Counted from the first letter of the stretch, positions 21,757-31,392 are shown. The stretch is 32,000 nucleotides of DNA from Candidatus Saccharimonadota bacterium (GCA_963718045.1 OY970350.1:30001-62000), one strand, 5' to 3'. Program-made: numbers and translations. The notes: generated by a model not told the origin, from the sequence alone.

Positions 21757-23388
21757 ATGGCTAAGAAAGTATTTTATGACGAAGACGCAAGAAAAAGAGT
21801 CTTAGGCGGAGCTGAGATTCTATATAACGCCGTAAAGACAACGATGGGGCCTAAAGGCCGGAATATCGTTATTTCCAAAAGCTACGGCAACCCAACAGTT
21901 TCCCACGACGGTGTAACCGTTGCTAAAGGTGTTGAACTAGCCGATGTCGATGATGAAACACTGGGATATAAAGTTGGCGCTGAGCTAATTAAGCAAGCTG
22001 CTTCAAAGATGAACGATGTGGCCGGTGATGGTACGACTACAGTTACAATTCTTACCTACCATCTGTTAAACGAGGCTAACAAACTAATTGCCGCTGGACA
22101 TAACCCGATGCTGCTTAGAAAAGGCTTAGAGACAGCAGCTCAAGAGGCTATATCTAGGCTGCAGTCCTTTAGTGAAGATATTGTCGGTAACTCTAAAAGG
22201 GTAGCGGAAGTTGCTACTATTTCGGCCGGAGACAGCGAAATCGGCAACCTAATCGCTGATGTTATTTCTAAGATCGGCAAAGACGGTGTCGTAACCGTCG
22301 AGGAAGGGCAGGGACTATCGCTGGAAAGCGAAGTCGTTGAAGGCTTCACCTTTGATAGAGGATTTGTCAGTGCCTATATGGTAACAGATGCTGCCCGGAT
22401 GGAAGCTGTTTACGACAGGCCGGCAATTGTTATTACCGACAAAAAGGTCACCTCTATCCAGGAATTCTTACCGTTGCTAGAGCAACTAGCCCAAGCTGGC
22501 AAAAAAGACTTAGTCTTAATTGCCGATGACGTTGAAGGCGAAGCTCTAGCCACCCTAGTTCTGAATAGACTAAAGGGTGTATTTAACACAGTTGCTGTAA
22601 AAGCACCTAAGTTTGGCGACCAGCGGAAAGACGTCTTAAATGACATCGCCATATTAACCGGTGCTCAGGTAATTACTGAAGAGCAGGGGATGACCTTTGA
22701 AAATGTCGACATGAGCGTTGTTGGTTCAGCTCGACGGATAATTGTTACTAAGGATGAAACAACTATCATTGAAGGCGGCGGTAAAGCCAGTGAAGTTAAA
22801 ACTCGCATTGATTTAATTAACTCTCAGATTGCTAAAGCCACCAGTGAATATGACAAAGAAAATCTAGAGAAAAGACGGGCTGCACTTTCCGGTAAAGTTG
22901 CGGTTATTAAAGTCGGTGGCGCAACCGAGACAGAAATTGAAGAAAAGAAGTTCAGAGTCGATGATGCTGTAGCTGCCGTGAAGGCAGCACTGGAAGACGG
23001 AATTGTACCTGGCGGTGGTGTAACGCTGATTAACCTGGCCGCTACCATTGATGCCAGCGGTACAGACTCTGATGCAGCTGGGGCCTTGATTCTGAAAAGA
23101 GCACTTGAAGAGCCGTTTAGAATACTTTTGACTAACTCGGGGCTAAATGCTGATGAATGGCTGCCGCAGGTTCGGACCGCCAAGCCCGGCTTTGGTATCG
23201 ATGTCATCAAGCCAGGTAAATTGGTTGATCTGAAAGTCAGTGGCATTATTGATCCAACCAGAGTTACTAAGGAAGCTTTGCAAAACGCTGTTTCTATTGC
23301 CGCTACAGCTTCAACCATGGGTGCTTTAATTGTTGATGTACCAAAAGAAGACAAGGGTTCAGTTCCGGACATGGGCGGTATGATGTAG
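21757..23388 (+). CDS. groEL: Chaperonin GroEL
   Basis: 543 aa. It contains AKKVFYDEDARKRVLGGAEILYNAVKTTMGPKGRN and GDGTTT, and ends in a GGMM tail. Confidence 0.98.
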   Translation: MAKKVFYDEDARKRVLGGAEILYNAVKTTMGPKGRNIVISKSYGNPTVSHDGVTVAKGVELADVDDETLGYKVGAELIKQAASKMNDVAGDGTTTVTILTYHLLNEANKLIAAGHNPMLLRKGLETAAQEAISRLQSFSEDIVGNSKRVAEVATISAGDSEIGNLIADVISKIGKDGVVTVEEGQGLSLESEVVEGFTFDRGFVSAYMVTDAARMEAVYDRPAIVITDKKVTSIQEFLPLLEQLAQAGKKDLVLIADDVEGEALATLVLNRLKGVFNTVAVKAPKFGDQRKDVLNDIAILTGAQVITEEQGMTFENVDMSVVGSARRIIVTKDETTIIEGGGKASEVKTRIDLINSQIAKATSEYDKENLEKRRAALSGKVAVIKVGGATETEIEEKKFRVDDAVAAVKAALEDGIVPGGGVTLINLAATIDASGTDSDAAGALILKRALEEPFRILLTNSGLNADEWLPQVRTAKPGFGIDVIKPGKLVDLKVSGIIDPTRVTKEALQNAVSIAATASTMGALIVDVPKEDKGSVPDMGGMM

Positions 23389-23436
23389 TCATATTTTCAG
23401 ACTACATAACTTTTAATGCTAGAATAAAGACAGTTT

Positions 23437-24486
23437 ATGACTAGCATGTTAGATGATCTCAAGTTAATCCATGAGAGAGATGTATCGGATACTTTAGGTA
23501 TTGCTGAAAGACAGTGGCAGCAACTTAATGAAGTCTTTGACATTGGCGATATACCCTCAGATTTTGAGAATATTGTTTATAGCGGCATGGGAGGATCTGC
23601 CCTCGCGGCCCTAATTAGTGTTAGCTGGCCCGGATACCATATTCCATTTCAAATAGTTAGAGGCTATGACATCCCAGCTTATGTGTCAGACAAGACGCTT
23701 TTTATAGCCTCCAGTTATTCTGGTAATACTGAAGAAACTGTCAATGCTTTAAACGAGGCTAGTAAAAAGCAGGCTAAAATTGTTGTTATTGGCGGTGGGG
23801 GCAAGCTAGAAGAGATAGCCAGAAGCAATAACTACCCGTTTGTCCGAATACCTAAAGCCGAACAGCCCCGATATGCCGTGCTATATAACCTTAAAGCACT
23901 AGCAGATATCTTAGTTAAAACTGGTCAGCTAGACGTACAAAAGGTAAGTGGCGAACTTAAGCAGGCGGCTGAGTTTTTAGAAGGCATATCTAAACGCTGG
24001 CAGGCCACTGTTCCAACTACAGACAATCTGGCCAAGCAGATAGCCCTTGAAGCAGCCGGTAAATCAGTTGTTATTTACGCCGGTCCGCTGCTCGCTCCGG
24101 CAGCCTATAAATGGAAGATAGGCTTTAATGAGAATGCTAAACAAATTGCCTGGTGGAATCAGTATCCCGAATTTAATCACAATGAATTTATTGGCTGGAG
24201 TGAACAGCCGCCAATTAAACCCTATCTTGTAGTTGATCTGAGAAGTAATTTAGAGCATCCTAGAATTCAAAAGAGATTTGAGCTATCTGCTAAGCTTCTT
24301 TCCGGGAAGCGGCCAGAGCCGGTAGTTATTAACGCTGAAGGCAGTAATATTTTAGAGCAGCTGCTGTTTGCCTCAACACTTGGTGACTTCACGTCTCTCT
24401 ATTCGGGGATCCTGGCTGGTTTAAATCCAGCACCAGTTGACTTAGTTGAGAAGTTTAAAAAAGAGTTAGCCGATAATGCCGGATAA
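23437..24486 (+). CDS. Bifunctional phosphoglucose/phosphomannose isomerase (SIS-domain, archaeal-type PGI/PMI)
   Basis: 349 aa. It has the SIS-domain motifs GMGGSALAA and SSYSGNTEET, and its size and C-terminal half are typical of the PGI/PMI family. Confidence 0.78.
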   Translation: MTSMLDDLKLIHERDVSDTLGIAERQWQQLNEVFDIGDIPSDFENIVYSGMGGSALAALISVSWPGYHIPFQIVRGYDIPAYVSDKTLFIASSYSGNTEETVNALNEASKKQAKIVVIGGGGKLEEIARSNNYPFVRIPKAEQPRYAVLYNLKALADILVKTGQLDVQKVSGELKQAAEFLEGISKRWQATVPTTDNLAKQIALEAAGKSVVIYAGPLLAPAAYKWKIGFNENAKQIAWWNQYPEFNHNEFIGWSEQPPIKPYLVVDLRSNLEHPRIQKRFELSAKLLSGKRPEPVVINAEGSNILEQLLFASTLGDFTSLYSGILAGLNPAPVDLVEKFKKELADNAG

Positions 24487-24538
24487 GGCTTAATCCCTTA
24501 TCTAAACTGTTGTTGTTGATATAATACTGCTTATAACT

Positions 24539-25213
24539 ATGTTGAAAGACTATCAAGTTAAATGGCAGTTGTTATTTGCCCTAATTGTTTCATCACTGAT
24601 CGGGGCTATTCTTTTTGCTTTTTGCGCTATTGCTGATCATTCACTGGAATTTGCTTACCTTTTAACCAATTTACTGCTGGCCTGGGTATCCTTACTCATA
24701 GCTGCCAGATTAGTTGTTGTCTTACGAAATAAACTATGGTCATCCTGGGAGGCACTGGGCTTAACTTTTCTGTGGCTGCTGTTTTTACCAAATAGCTTTT
24801 ACATGATTTCAGACTTTATCCATCTAGAGAGCGCACCGACCAACAACATTGTCTATTATGCCGTTGCCTTTACCTCAATCATCTTTACTGCTGTTGCCAT
24901 CGGCTTTATCAGCTTATTCATGGTTCACCTGGAACTTAAAAAAAGATTCTCTAACCTTGCGGCCAGATTAATGGTTGCCCTAATAATTGGGGCTAGCTCA
25001 GTCGCTATATATATCGGCCGTGACCTTAGATGGAACAGCTGGAGCATCTTAACCAACCCTGGGGGTATCATTTTTGATATCTCAGACCGTTTAATTCACT
25101 TTAGTGACTACCCGACAGTTTTTGCTACCACTGGCGTATTCTTTATGCTGCTGATGAGCATGTACTATTTAGCCTGGAGCGCTGTCAAAGTTATTAAAAA
25201 TCAGCGAGTATAA
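24539..25213 (+). CDS. DUF1361-like integral membrane protein
   Basis: 224 aa with about 6 TM helices. The motifs NLLLAWVSLLIA and LPNSFYMISDFIHL resemble the DUF1361 signature. An extended -10 TGaTATAAT (24518-24525) lies upstream. Confidence 0.65.
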   Translation: MLKDYQVKWQLLFALIVSSLIGAILFAFCAIADHSLEFAYLLTNLLLAWVSLLIAARLVVVLRNKLWSSWEALGLTFLWLLFLPNSFYMISDFIHLESAPTNNIVYYAVAFTSIIFTAVAIGFISLFMVHLELKKRFSNLAARLMVALIIGASSVAIYIGRDLRWNSWSILTNPGGIIFDISDRLIHFSDYPTVFATTGVFFMLLMSMYYLAWSAVKVIKNQRV

Positions 25214-25222
25214 TTTAAACCA

Positions 25223-26890
25223 ATGGAAGCCAAAATTAAGGAGTTAATAGCCCAAGTTATTAAAGACCTATATGGTCGTGAACCGGAGATCATACTAGAT
25301 AGACCCGAAGAGTCATATGGTGACTATATGACCAATATTGCTCTTCAGTTATCTAAAGACTTATCGCGGTCGCCTAAAGAAATAGCTGACGCGCTTGTTT
25401 TAAAACTAAAAGGCAGTGATCTATATAGCGACGTAAGTGCTGCCGGTCCCGGTTTTATTAACATTAGGCTTAGCAGTAAGGCACTAATTGAGCTTGCTGA
25501 GACTACGCCTGAAGAAACGTACAGCGGCAAGCAAGTTGTTGTTGAATATTCGGATCCAAATCCATTTAAAATACTCCACGCCGGGCACCTATACACCTCA
25601 GTCATTGGTGATGCCATAGCTAACCTACTAGTTAAAGCTGGGGGCGAAGTTCACCGCGTTAACTTCGGCGGAGATATTGGTCTTCACGTCGCTAAAACTA
25701 TGTGGGCCATATTAAAAGACTTTGGCGGTGAAAACTCTTCTAAGCTTAGTGACATAAAAGAAGAAGATAGGTCAGAGTGGTTGGGCAGGTGCTATGTAAC
25801 TGGTAATGAAGCCTATGAGACGGATGAAAAGACCAAAGAAGAAGTTAAGGATCTTAACAAACGAATCTATGACATCTCACTAAAAAAAGAAAATAGCTCA
25901 GACTTAGGTAAAATATACTGGACCACGAGGCAGTGGAGCTACGAATATTTTGCCAGCTTTTACAGCCGAATCGGCATAAAGTTTGAGAAGTACTATCCGG
26001 AAAGTGAGGTTGCTGATTTAGGCCTCCAAACTGTCAGAGAACATGTTCCAGAGGTTTACGAAGAGAGCCAGGGAGCAGTTATTTTTAACGGTGAAAAATA
26101 TGGCCTATTCCCAAACGTCTTTATTAACAGCTACGGCATACCAACTTACTCGGCTAAAGACGTTGGTTTAATCATCCAAAAATGGCAGGATTATCATTAC
26201 GATCTATCGGTCATTATTACCGCCAACGAACAGGCCGACTATATGCGCGTAGTTCTTGCAAGCGTTAAGCAATTTGCTCCTGAACTGGTTGAAAAAACAG
26301 ACCATTTAACCCACGGTGTAGTTAAACTGGCCGGCGGGCAAAAGATGAGCAGCCGAAAAGGCAATATCCTAAAAGCAGTAGATATTTTAGATCTGGCAGA
26401 TAAGTCCTCAAAAGATAAGGGTCTTAAAACTGATCCAAAGATAACAATCGGGGCAGTTAAGTACGCCTTTGTTAAACAAAGAATCGGAGCAGATATTATT
26501 TATGACCCCGATGAATCAGTCAGTCTTGACGGTAATAGCGGGCCATACCTTCAATATGCTTACGCCAGAGCGATGAGTATTCTAAGGAAAGTGGAAGCGG
26601 CCTCATTTAATCTTAATGATGTTGAAGATCTGACAGACTATGAAAGGTCCCTTGTCAGAAAGATCGGTGAATATAGAGATGCCTTAAGTGAAGCAACAAA
26701 GAAATTAAGACCGCATCACATTGCCAATTATCTTTACGATCTCGCCCAGAATTTTAATCGGTTCTATGAAAACAGCCGGGTCGTTGGCGATGACCGGCAG
26801 GATTTAAGATTAGCCTTAGTTAAACTTTATACAAGTATTCTTGCTGATGGGCTTAAGCTTCTTGGCATTGAACCTATCGAAACAATGTAG
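25223..26890 (+). CDS. argS: Arginine--tRNA ligase
   Basis: 555 aa. It has an N-terminal Add-1-like domain, a HIGH-type motif (PFKILHAGHLYTSVIGDA), a degenerate KMSKS (MSSRKG) and a C-terminal DALR-type anticodon-binding domain. Confidence 0.94.
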   Translation: MEAKIKELIAQVIKDLYGREPEIILDRPEESYGDYMTNIALQLSKDLSRSPKEIADALVLKLKGSDLYSDVSAAGPGFINIRLSSKALIELAETTPEETYSGKQVVVEYSDPNPFKILHAGHLYTSVIGDAIANLLVKAGGEVHRVNFGGDIGLHVAKTMWAILKDFGGENSSKLSDIKEEDRSEWLGRCYVTGNEAYETDEKTKEEVKDLNKRIYDISLKKENSSDLGKIYWTTRQWSYEYFASFYSRIGIKFEKYYPESEVADLGLQTVREHVPEVYEESQGAVIFNGEKYGLFPNVFINSYGIPTYSAKDVGLIIQKWQDYHYDLSVIITANEQADYMRVVLASVKQFAPELVEKTDHLTHGVVKLAGGQKMSSRKGNILKAVDILDLADKSSKDKGLKTDPKITIGAVKYAFVKQRIGADIIYDPDESVSLDGNSGPYLQYAYARAMSILRKVEAASFNLNDVEDLTDYERSLVRKIGEYRDALSEATKKLRPHHIANYLYDLAQNFNRFYENSRVVGDDRQDLRLALVKLYTSILADGLKLLGIEPIETM

Positions 26891-26935
26891 GAATGCTTAC
26901 TTTTTGATATATGCATCTTATTCTAAAATGTATAT

Positions 26936-27319
26936 ATGGCAGATGATCCTTGGAAAGATAAACTAACAAGCGAACAATACAGACTTCTTAGGCAGAACGG
27001 AACTGAACCACCCTATTCCGGTAAGCTGCTGCATAACGAAAAAACAGGTGATTATACCTGTGGTGCGTGCAGCCAGGTAATATTTAACAGCTCTACTAAG
27101 TTTGACAGCGGCAGTGGCTGGCCAAGCTTTAACTCACCAGTTAATAATAAGGCCGTAAAACTAATTGATGATGATTCACTGGGCATGGATAGGATTGAAG
27201 TGGTCTGCGCAAATTGCGGCAGCCATTTAGGACACGTATTTAATGATGCGCCTGACCAGCCAACCGGTATGCGTTACTGTATAAACTCTGGTGCTCTTGG
27301 CTTCAAGGAAAAGACATAA
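26936..27319 (+). CDS. msrB: Peptide-methionine (R)-S-oxide reductase
   Basis: 127 aa. It has two CxxC pairs (CGACSQ, CANCGSHLGHVF) plus GWPSF and the catalytic RYCINS. Confidence 0.94.
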   Translation: MADDPWKDKLTSEQYRLLRQNGTEPPYSGKLLHNEKTGDYTCGACSQVIFNSSTKFDSGSGWPSFNSPVNNKAVKLIDDDSLGMDRIEVVCANCGSHLGHVFNDAPDQPTGMRYCINSGALGFKEKT

Positions 27320-27393
27320 AAGGACTAATCAACTAGATGTAATAAATGTTAGTTATATAATATGTATAGGCGCATAAAAACAGGAGGATACTA

Positions 27394-27975
27394 ATGAAAC
27401 TAGGCATTGTGATTGGTTCCGTCCGTGAAGGCCGGGTAACCGATCGATTAGCAAAGTGGGTAGAAAACGAAGCTAAGTCTACTCACGGAGTAGAACCAAA
27501 GATTATTGACCTTAAAGACATACCTTTGCCGCTATTTGATGAAGCTATGTCGCCTCAATCTAGCCCAAACCGCCAACCAAATAGTAATGTAAAAGTTTGG
27601 CTGGATGCTGTTAATGATTGTGACGCTTTAGCACTCGTTACACCTGAATATAACCGGTCAGTTTCGGCCGCTTTAAAGAATGCCATAGACTATCTCGACT
27701 ACCAGCTAAAACGAAAACCAGTTTTACTGGTTGCCCATGGTAATACCGGTGGTGCCCAGGCAGTTAGTCATCTTAGGGGGATACTGCCGGGAGTCTTAGC
27801 TGTTACTGTTCCGCCGGCTGTCATGGTAGTCGGTCAGGTAGGCTCTATGTTTGACGAGCAAGGTAAAATTAGTGATGAACTTAAGGCCAAACCTTATGGT
27901 CCACAGGCTTCCCTAACTAACGCTCTCGGTGAGCTTAAGTGGTACTCCGATACATTGGCGGCAGGTCGGCAATAA
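27394..27975 (+). CDS. NAD(P)H-dependent FMN reductase family oxidoreductase
   Basis: 193 aa. It begins MKLGIVIGSVREGR and contains VTPEYNRSVSAALKNAIDYL, typical of the FMN_red family. A canonical SD AGGAGG (27382-27387) lies upstream. Confidence 0.8.
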   Translation: MKLGIVIGSVREGRVTDRLAKWVENEAKSTHGVEPKIIDLKDIPLPLFDEAMSPQSSPNRQPNSNVKVWLDAVNDCDALALVTPEYNRSVSAALKNAIDYLDYQLKRKPVLLVAHGNTGGAQAVSHLRGILPGVLAVTVPPAVMVVGQVGSMFDEQGKISDELKAKPYGPQASLTNALGELKWYSDTLAAGRQ

Positions 27976-28011
27976 TTTTTAAACCTCGATAACTCGGCTT
28001 ATACTGGCAAC

Positions 28012-28575
28012 ATGAACGTCGATAAACAGCAAATGCCAACTAGGTTACTTTGGGTGGATCTTGAGATGACTGGCTTAGATCCAGAAAATGATCTAATTAT
28101 TGAAGTAGCCCTCGAAATTACTGACTTTAATTTTAAAACCCTGGCTAGTTATGAATCAGTTGTAAAACAGCCTCACGACAAAGTAGTTAAGCGGATGGCA
28201 AGTGGCGGCTGGTGGCGCAATTTCCCTGACAGCCGCGATGACATAATAAATAAGCTTAGTGACGGGAAAGAGCCAAAGCTTATTGAACAGGAGATAATCG
28301 AATTATTAAATGAGCATTTTCCTCATGAGCCGGCAATCTTGGCGGGCAATAGTATCCATAATGACCGCCGCTTTATTGCTAAAGCCTGGCCCGAACTAGA
28401 CCTTAAACTTCATTACCGAATACTTGATGTTAGTTCGTTTAAGGTTTTAATGCAGGGTAAATACGGCCTTAATTTTGAAAAACAGGAAATACACCGGGCG
28501 GCCGACGATATCCAGGCTTCAATTGCTGAGCTGCAGTATTATCTCGAATGGTTTAGCCAAAATCTTAGCCAATGA
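28012..28575 (+). CDS. orn: Oligoribonuclease
   Basis: 187 aa. It has the DEDDh exonuclease motifs WVDLEMTGLDPENDLIIEVA, NSIHNDRRF and HRAADDI. TATACT (28000-28005) lies 6 nt upstream of the ATG. Confidence 0.9.
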   Translation: MNVDKQQMPTRLLWVDLEMTGLDPENDLIIEVALEITDFNFKTLASYESVVKQPHDKVVKRMASGGWWRNFPDSRDDIINKLSDGKEPKLIEQEIIELLNEHFPHEPAILAGNSIHNDRRFIAKAWPELDLKLHYRILDVSSFKVLMQGKYGLNFEKQEIHRAADDIQASIAELQYYLEWFSQNLSQ

Positions 28576-28892
28576 ACCAGAAAACTGTCGAACGCTACAT
28601 ATTAGAACTGCCGGGCACTAAAAAAGTCTTCTCAGAAGATAAAAAGCTGGCTGTTTATGAGTATAAAGATGAAATGTTTGCTTTAGTTGAGCAAGGTAAG
28701 CTTCCCTTAAGAATAAGTCTGCGCTGCGACAAAGTCTTAGCTAATCTTTTAAAAGAAGAATATGACGAGGTTATGGCCGGACACAAACTAAACAAAAACA
28801 AATGGATAACAGTTGTTGTTAGCGGCCAGCTAAGTGATCAGGAAATAAAAGACCTAATAAATCATAGCTATATGCAGGTTAAAGCAGCTTAA
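28572..28892 (+). CDS. MmcQ/YjbR-family protein
   Basis: 106 aa. Its start overlaps the orn stop (ATGA). Its size and the C-terminal pattern HKLNKNKWITVV...DLINHSY resemble YjbR-like proteins. Confidence 0.6.
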   Translation: MNQKTVERYILELPGTKKVFSEDKKLAVYEYKDEMFALVEQGKLPLRISLRCDKVLANLLKEEYDEVMAGHKLNKNKWITVVVSGQLSDQEIKDLINHSYMQVKAA

Positions 28893-28895
28893 GTT

Positions 28896-29558
28896 TTAAG
28901 AAGTCTGGGAGTTGAGGGACTTTATGAGAAGCTGGCCTGTTTTATATTCACTTTGAAGCAGGCTCTTGCCGCTAGCAACTTTAGTAGAGCTATATGCCGT
29001 ATTAAGGTTAGTAAGATAGTTATTTAATTGTGCCTGCATGACGGTCTGAAACTCGGCTGGCAGGGTATTGGTATTAATAGAACTACTAAGATCACTGTCT
29101 ACAGCTTTTGAATAGACGTTAGACAACGATGATTGGTTAATTTTATCGCCGTTTTTAGCCATAAAGTTAAAAGTATTTGTCTGAGCATTAGCTAAAGTTA
29201 AGCTGGCTGTGGCTACAAAATTCTGTTCCGCTGGCGTCAGGACGCCGACATTACTACTAGTTATATCGACAGTCAAGATATGGATCATTTCCTGCTGGCG
29301 TTCAGTAACTACCAGATAGTCCGATTTATTTATAACCGGGTTTGCCAGCAGTGCTTTAATTATCAAATAAAGGATAATAAGTAAGACAAAACCGGCTGCA
29401 ACAACCACAATTCTACCTTTCATTGAACTAGTTGAAATAGGCAGATTTAATCTTCTTCGATGTTTCTCATTTAGAAAGCTATAGTCTGGCTGGGGAGACG
29501 GGACTGAGGGGGTGTTTGGCTGGGGTAGCGGCCCATAACTTGGTGTTTGTGGAGGCAT
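28896..29558 (-). CDS. Hypothetical single-pass membrane protein with Pro-rich cytoplasmic N-terminus
   Basis: 220 aa. It begins MPPQTPSYGPLPQPNTPSVPSPQP, has one TM helix (IVVVAAGFVLLIILYLIIKALLA) and then an N/S/T-rich extracytoplasmic domain. I recognise no family. Confidence 0.6.
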   Translation of the reverse strand: MPPQTPSYGPLPQPNTPSVPSPQPDYSFLNEKHRRRLNLPISTSSMKGRIVVVAAGFVLLIILYLIIKALLANPVINKSDYLVVTERQQEMIHILTVDITSSNVGVLTPAEQNFVATASLTLANAQTNTFNFMAKNGDKINQSSLSNVYSKAVDSDLSSSINTNTLPAEFQTVMQAQLNNYLTNLNTAYSSTKVASGKSLLQSEYKTGQLLIKSLNSQTS

Positions 29559-29565
29559 ATAAGGT

Positions 29566-29627
29566 ATTTAAGCATAAGCTTCCTGGGGTTGCCAACTATT
29601 GGCAAATATATTGATCTGCTCAATACT
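29566..29627. promoter_or_regulatory. Back-to-back divergent promoters whose -35 boxes form a 7-bp inverted repeat
   Basis: The repeat is TTGCCAA (29589-29595), cta, TTGGCAA (29599-29605). On the plus strand the layout is TTGGCA-17-AATACT (29622-29627)-7 nt-ATG 29635. On the minus strand it is TTGGCA-18-TTAAAT (29571-29566)-7 nt-ATG 29558. Confidence 0.5.
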
Positions 29628-29634
29628 TGATGGT

Positions 29635-31392
29635 ATGGATGCAAGAGACGAGGTAAAAAACCGGCTTAGTATTGAAGATGTTATTGGCCGTTATCTGGAA
29701 CTTAAAAAATCCGGCCGTAACTTTAAGGCTCTAAGTCCTTTTACTAAAGAAAAGACACCAAGCTTTATAGTTAGTCCCGAAAAACAAATCTGGCATGATT
29801 TTAGTTCAGGCAAAGGCGGAGATGTTTTTAGCTTTGTCATGGAAGTTGAAGGACTGGATTTTAGGGGTGCCCTGGAACTACTGGCTAGACAAGCCGGTAT
29901 TGACCTTGAAGATTATGAAAAGCCGGGTAGGCCAGGTGTTTCAAAATCCAGGCTTTATGAGCTTTATGAACTGGCTACTAAGTTTTACCAGGTCCAATTT
30001 AAAGCTAGTAACGTGGCTACCGACTATGTCTTTAAAAAGAGACAGTTTAGCAAAGAAACAGCCCTAACTTGGAAGCTAGGCTACTCACCAAATACCGGCG
30101 ATGCCTTAACCTTATTTTTAAAAAGCAAAGGCTTCAGCGAAAAAGAAATGAAATTAGCCGGTGTTGTTACTATGAGTTATAGGCTAAGTGACATGTTCAG
30201 GGGCCGGCTAATGATACCTTTAGCCGACAATCAGGGGAGAGTAATCGGCTTCACCGCCCGGACACTAGAAGAAGAGATTAACCCCAAGTATATAAACACA
30301 CCGCAGACTGTTTTATATGATAAAAGCCGTCATGTTTATGGCCTGCATCTGGCAAAAGAAGCAATCAGAGTCAAAGGTTACGTTGTTATTGTCGAAGGCA
30401 ATCTTGATGTAATTAGCTCGCACCAAGCTGGTGTTTGCCAAGTGGTAGCTACTGCCGGAACAGCTTTAACTGACCAGCATTTAAAAGCTCTTGGTCTGTT
30501 AACTAAAGACATTAGGCTATGTTTTGATGCTGATAAAGCCGGCCTGGCGGCAACTGAAAGATCTATTCCGTTAGCTTCTAAGCAAAACTTAAATATCTCA
30601 GTTATTAATCTGCCGACAGGCAAAGATCCGGACGAGCTTATTAACAAAGATAAGAATTTATGGCCTAAAGTAGTCGAAAAGTCGGAGTACGCTGTTGATT
30701 GGTTAATTAATTACTATAAATCTAACGTCGATCTTGAAAGTGCTCCGGGCAAAAGACGCTTCACGGACTTAATCCTGCCAGTAATATTATCTCTTAGCGA
30801 TCCGGTTGAACGCGACCATTACATTAACCAACTTGCTAGTTTACTTAAAGTTAGCCCAAGTGCCTTAACTCAGAAGCTGTCAACCGTTAAAGGCGATAAG
30901 CCAAAAGCTAAAATACCGCTCAATATTACCAGTGAACCGGTAGACGTTCATACAGTCGAAAAGATTAAAGTCCTAGATAACTTTTTAAGCTTGATGCTTG
31001 TCAAAAAGTCATTAAGAAACCGTTTAGATGTTTTGAGGAAAGAAATGTTCGGAACCGAAACAAGCCGGCAGCTGTTTGAAATGCTCGTTAGTAAGCCGGA
31101 TTTAGACGTTCGGAAAGACTTAAATACCTTTAAGGATCTTATAGATTATGTTAAAATAGAAGTATTACTCTTTGAAGAGATTTATAGCGGCTTAAATAAA
31201 GCAGAGCTGAATTACGAAGCCAGCCGTCTAAAAGCTAAATTAGTTGAAAATTATATAAAAACCCAAAAAGCTATTTTAACCAATGAACTTAAATCAGCCG
31301 ACACTGCGTCAACCAGAAAGCTATTAGAAGAAGCAAAGAAATTAGATAATTTATTAAACCAAGTTTTGGTGGAAGGGGGTTTAAATGCCTAA
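29635..31392 (+). CDS. dnaG: DNA primase DnaG (zinc-ribbon scaffold without zinc ligands)
   Basis: ATG 29635 ([27 protein letters not shown]) is preferred over the ORF-track TTG at 29599. It contains [34 protein letters not shown] (compare CPFHxEKTPSFxV...HCFGCG). The TOPRIM motifs are VIVEGNLDV and CFDADKAG. rpoD follows, as in the conserved operon. Confidence 0.9.
   Translation: MDARDEVKNRLSIEDVIGRYLELKKSGRNFKALSPFTKEKTPSFIVSPEKQIWHDFSSGKGGDVFSFVMEVEGLDFRGALELLARQAGIDLEDYEKPGRPGVSKSRLYELYELATKFYQVQFKASNVATDYVFKKRQFSKETALTWKLGYSPNTGDALTLFLKSKGFSEKEMKLAGVVTMSYRLSDMFRGRLMIPLADNQGRVIGFTARTLEEEINPKYINTPQTVLYDKSRHVYGLHLAKEAIRVKGYVVIVEGNLDVISSHQAGVCQVVATAGTALTDQHLKALGLLTKDIRLCFDADKAGLAATERSIPLASKQNLNISVINLPTGKDPDELINKDKNLWPKVVEKSEYAVDWLINYYKSNVDLESAPGKRRFTDLILPVILSLSDPVERDHYINQLASLLKVSPSALTQKLSTVKGDKPKAKIPLNITSEPVDVHTVEKIKVLDNFLSLMLVKKSLRNRLDVLRKEMFGTETSRQLFEMLVSKPDLDVRKDLNTFKDLIDYVKIEVLLFEEIYSGLNKAELNYEASRLKAKLVENYIKTQKAILTNELKSADTASTRKLLEEAKKLDNLLNQVLVEGGLNA

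Noticed and set aside
22824-23372. 182-aa minus-strand ORF, plus 22140-22349 and 22410-22652, antisense to groEL
   Set aside because: They lie entirely inside the unmistakable groEL frame. Their translations are low-complexity and Ser/Ala/Thr-rich, as is typical of antisense frames of GC-balanced genes. They have no start context.
23385-23405. Hairpin GTAGTC-N9-GACTAC overlapping the groEL stop codon, considered as a terminator
   Set aside because: It has only a 6-bp AT-containing stem with a 9-nt loop and no U-tract. A TAGAAT promoter for the next gene follows. It is too weak to call.
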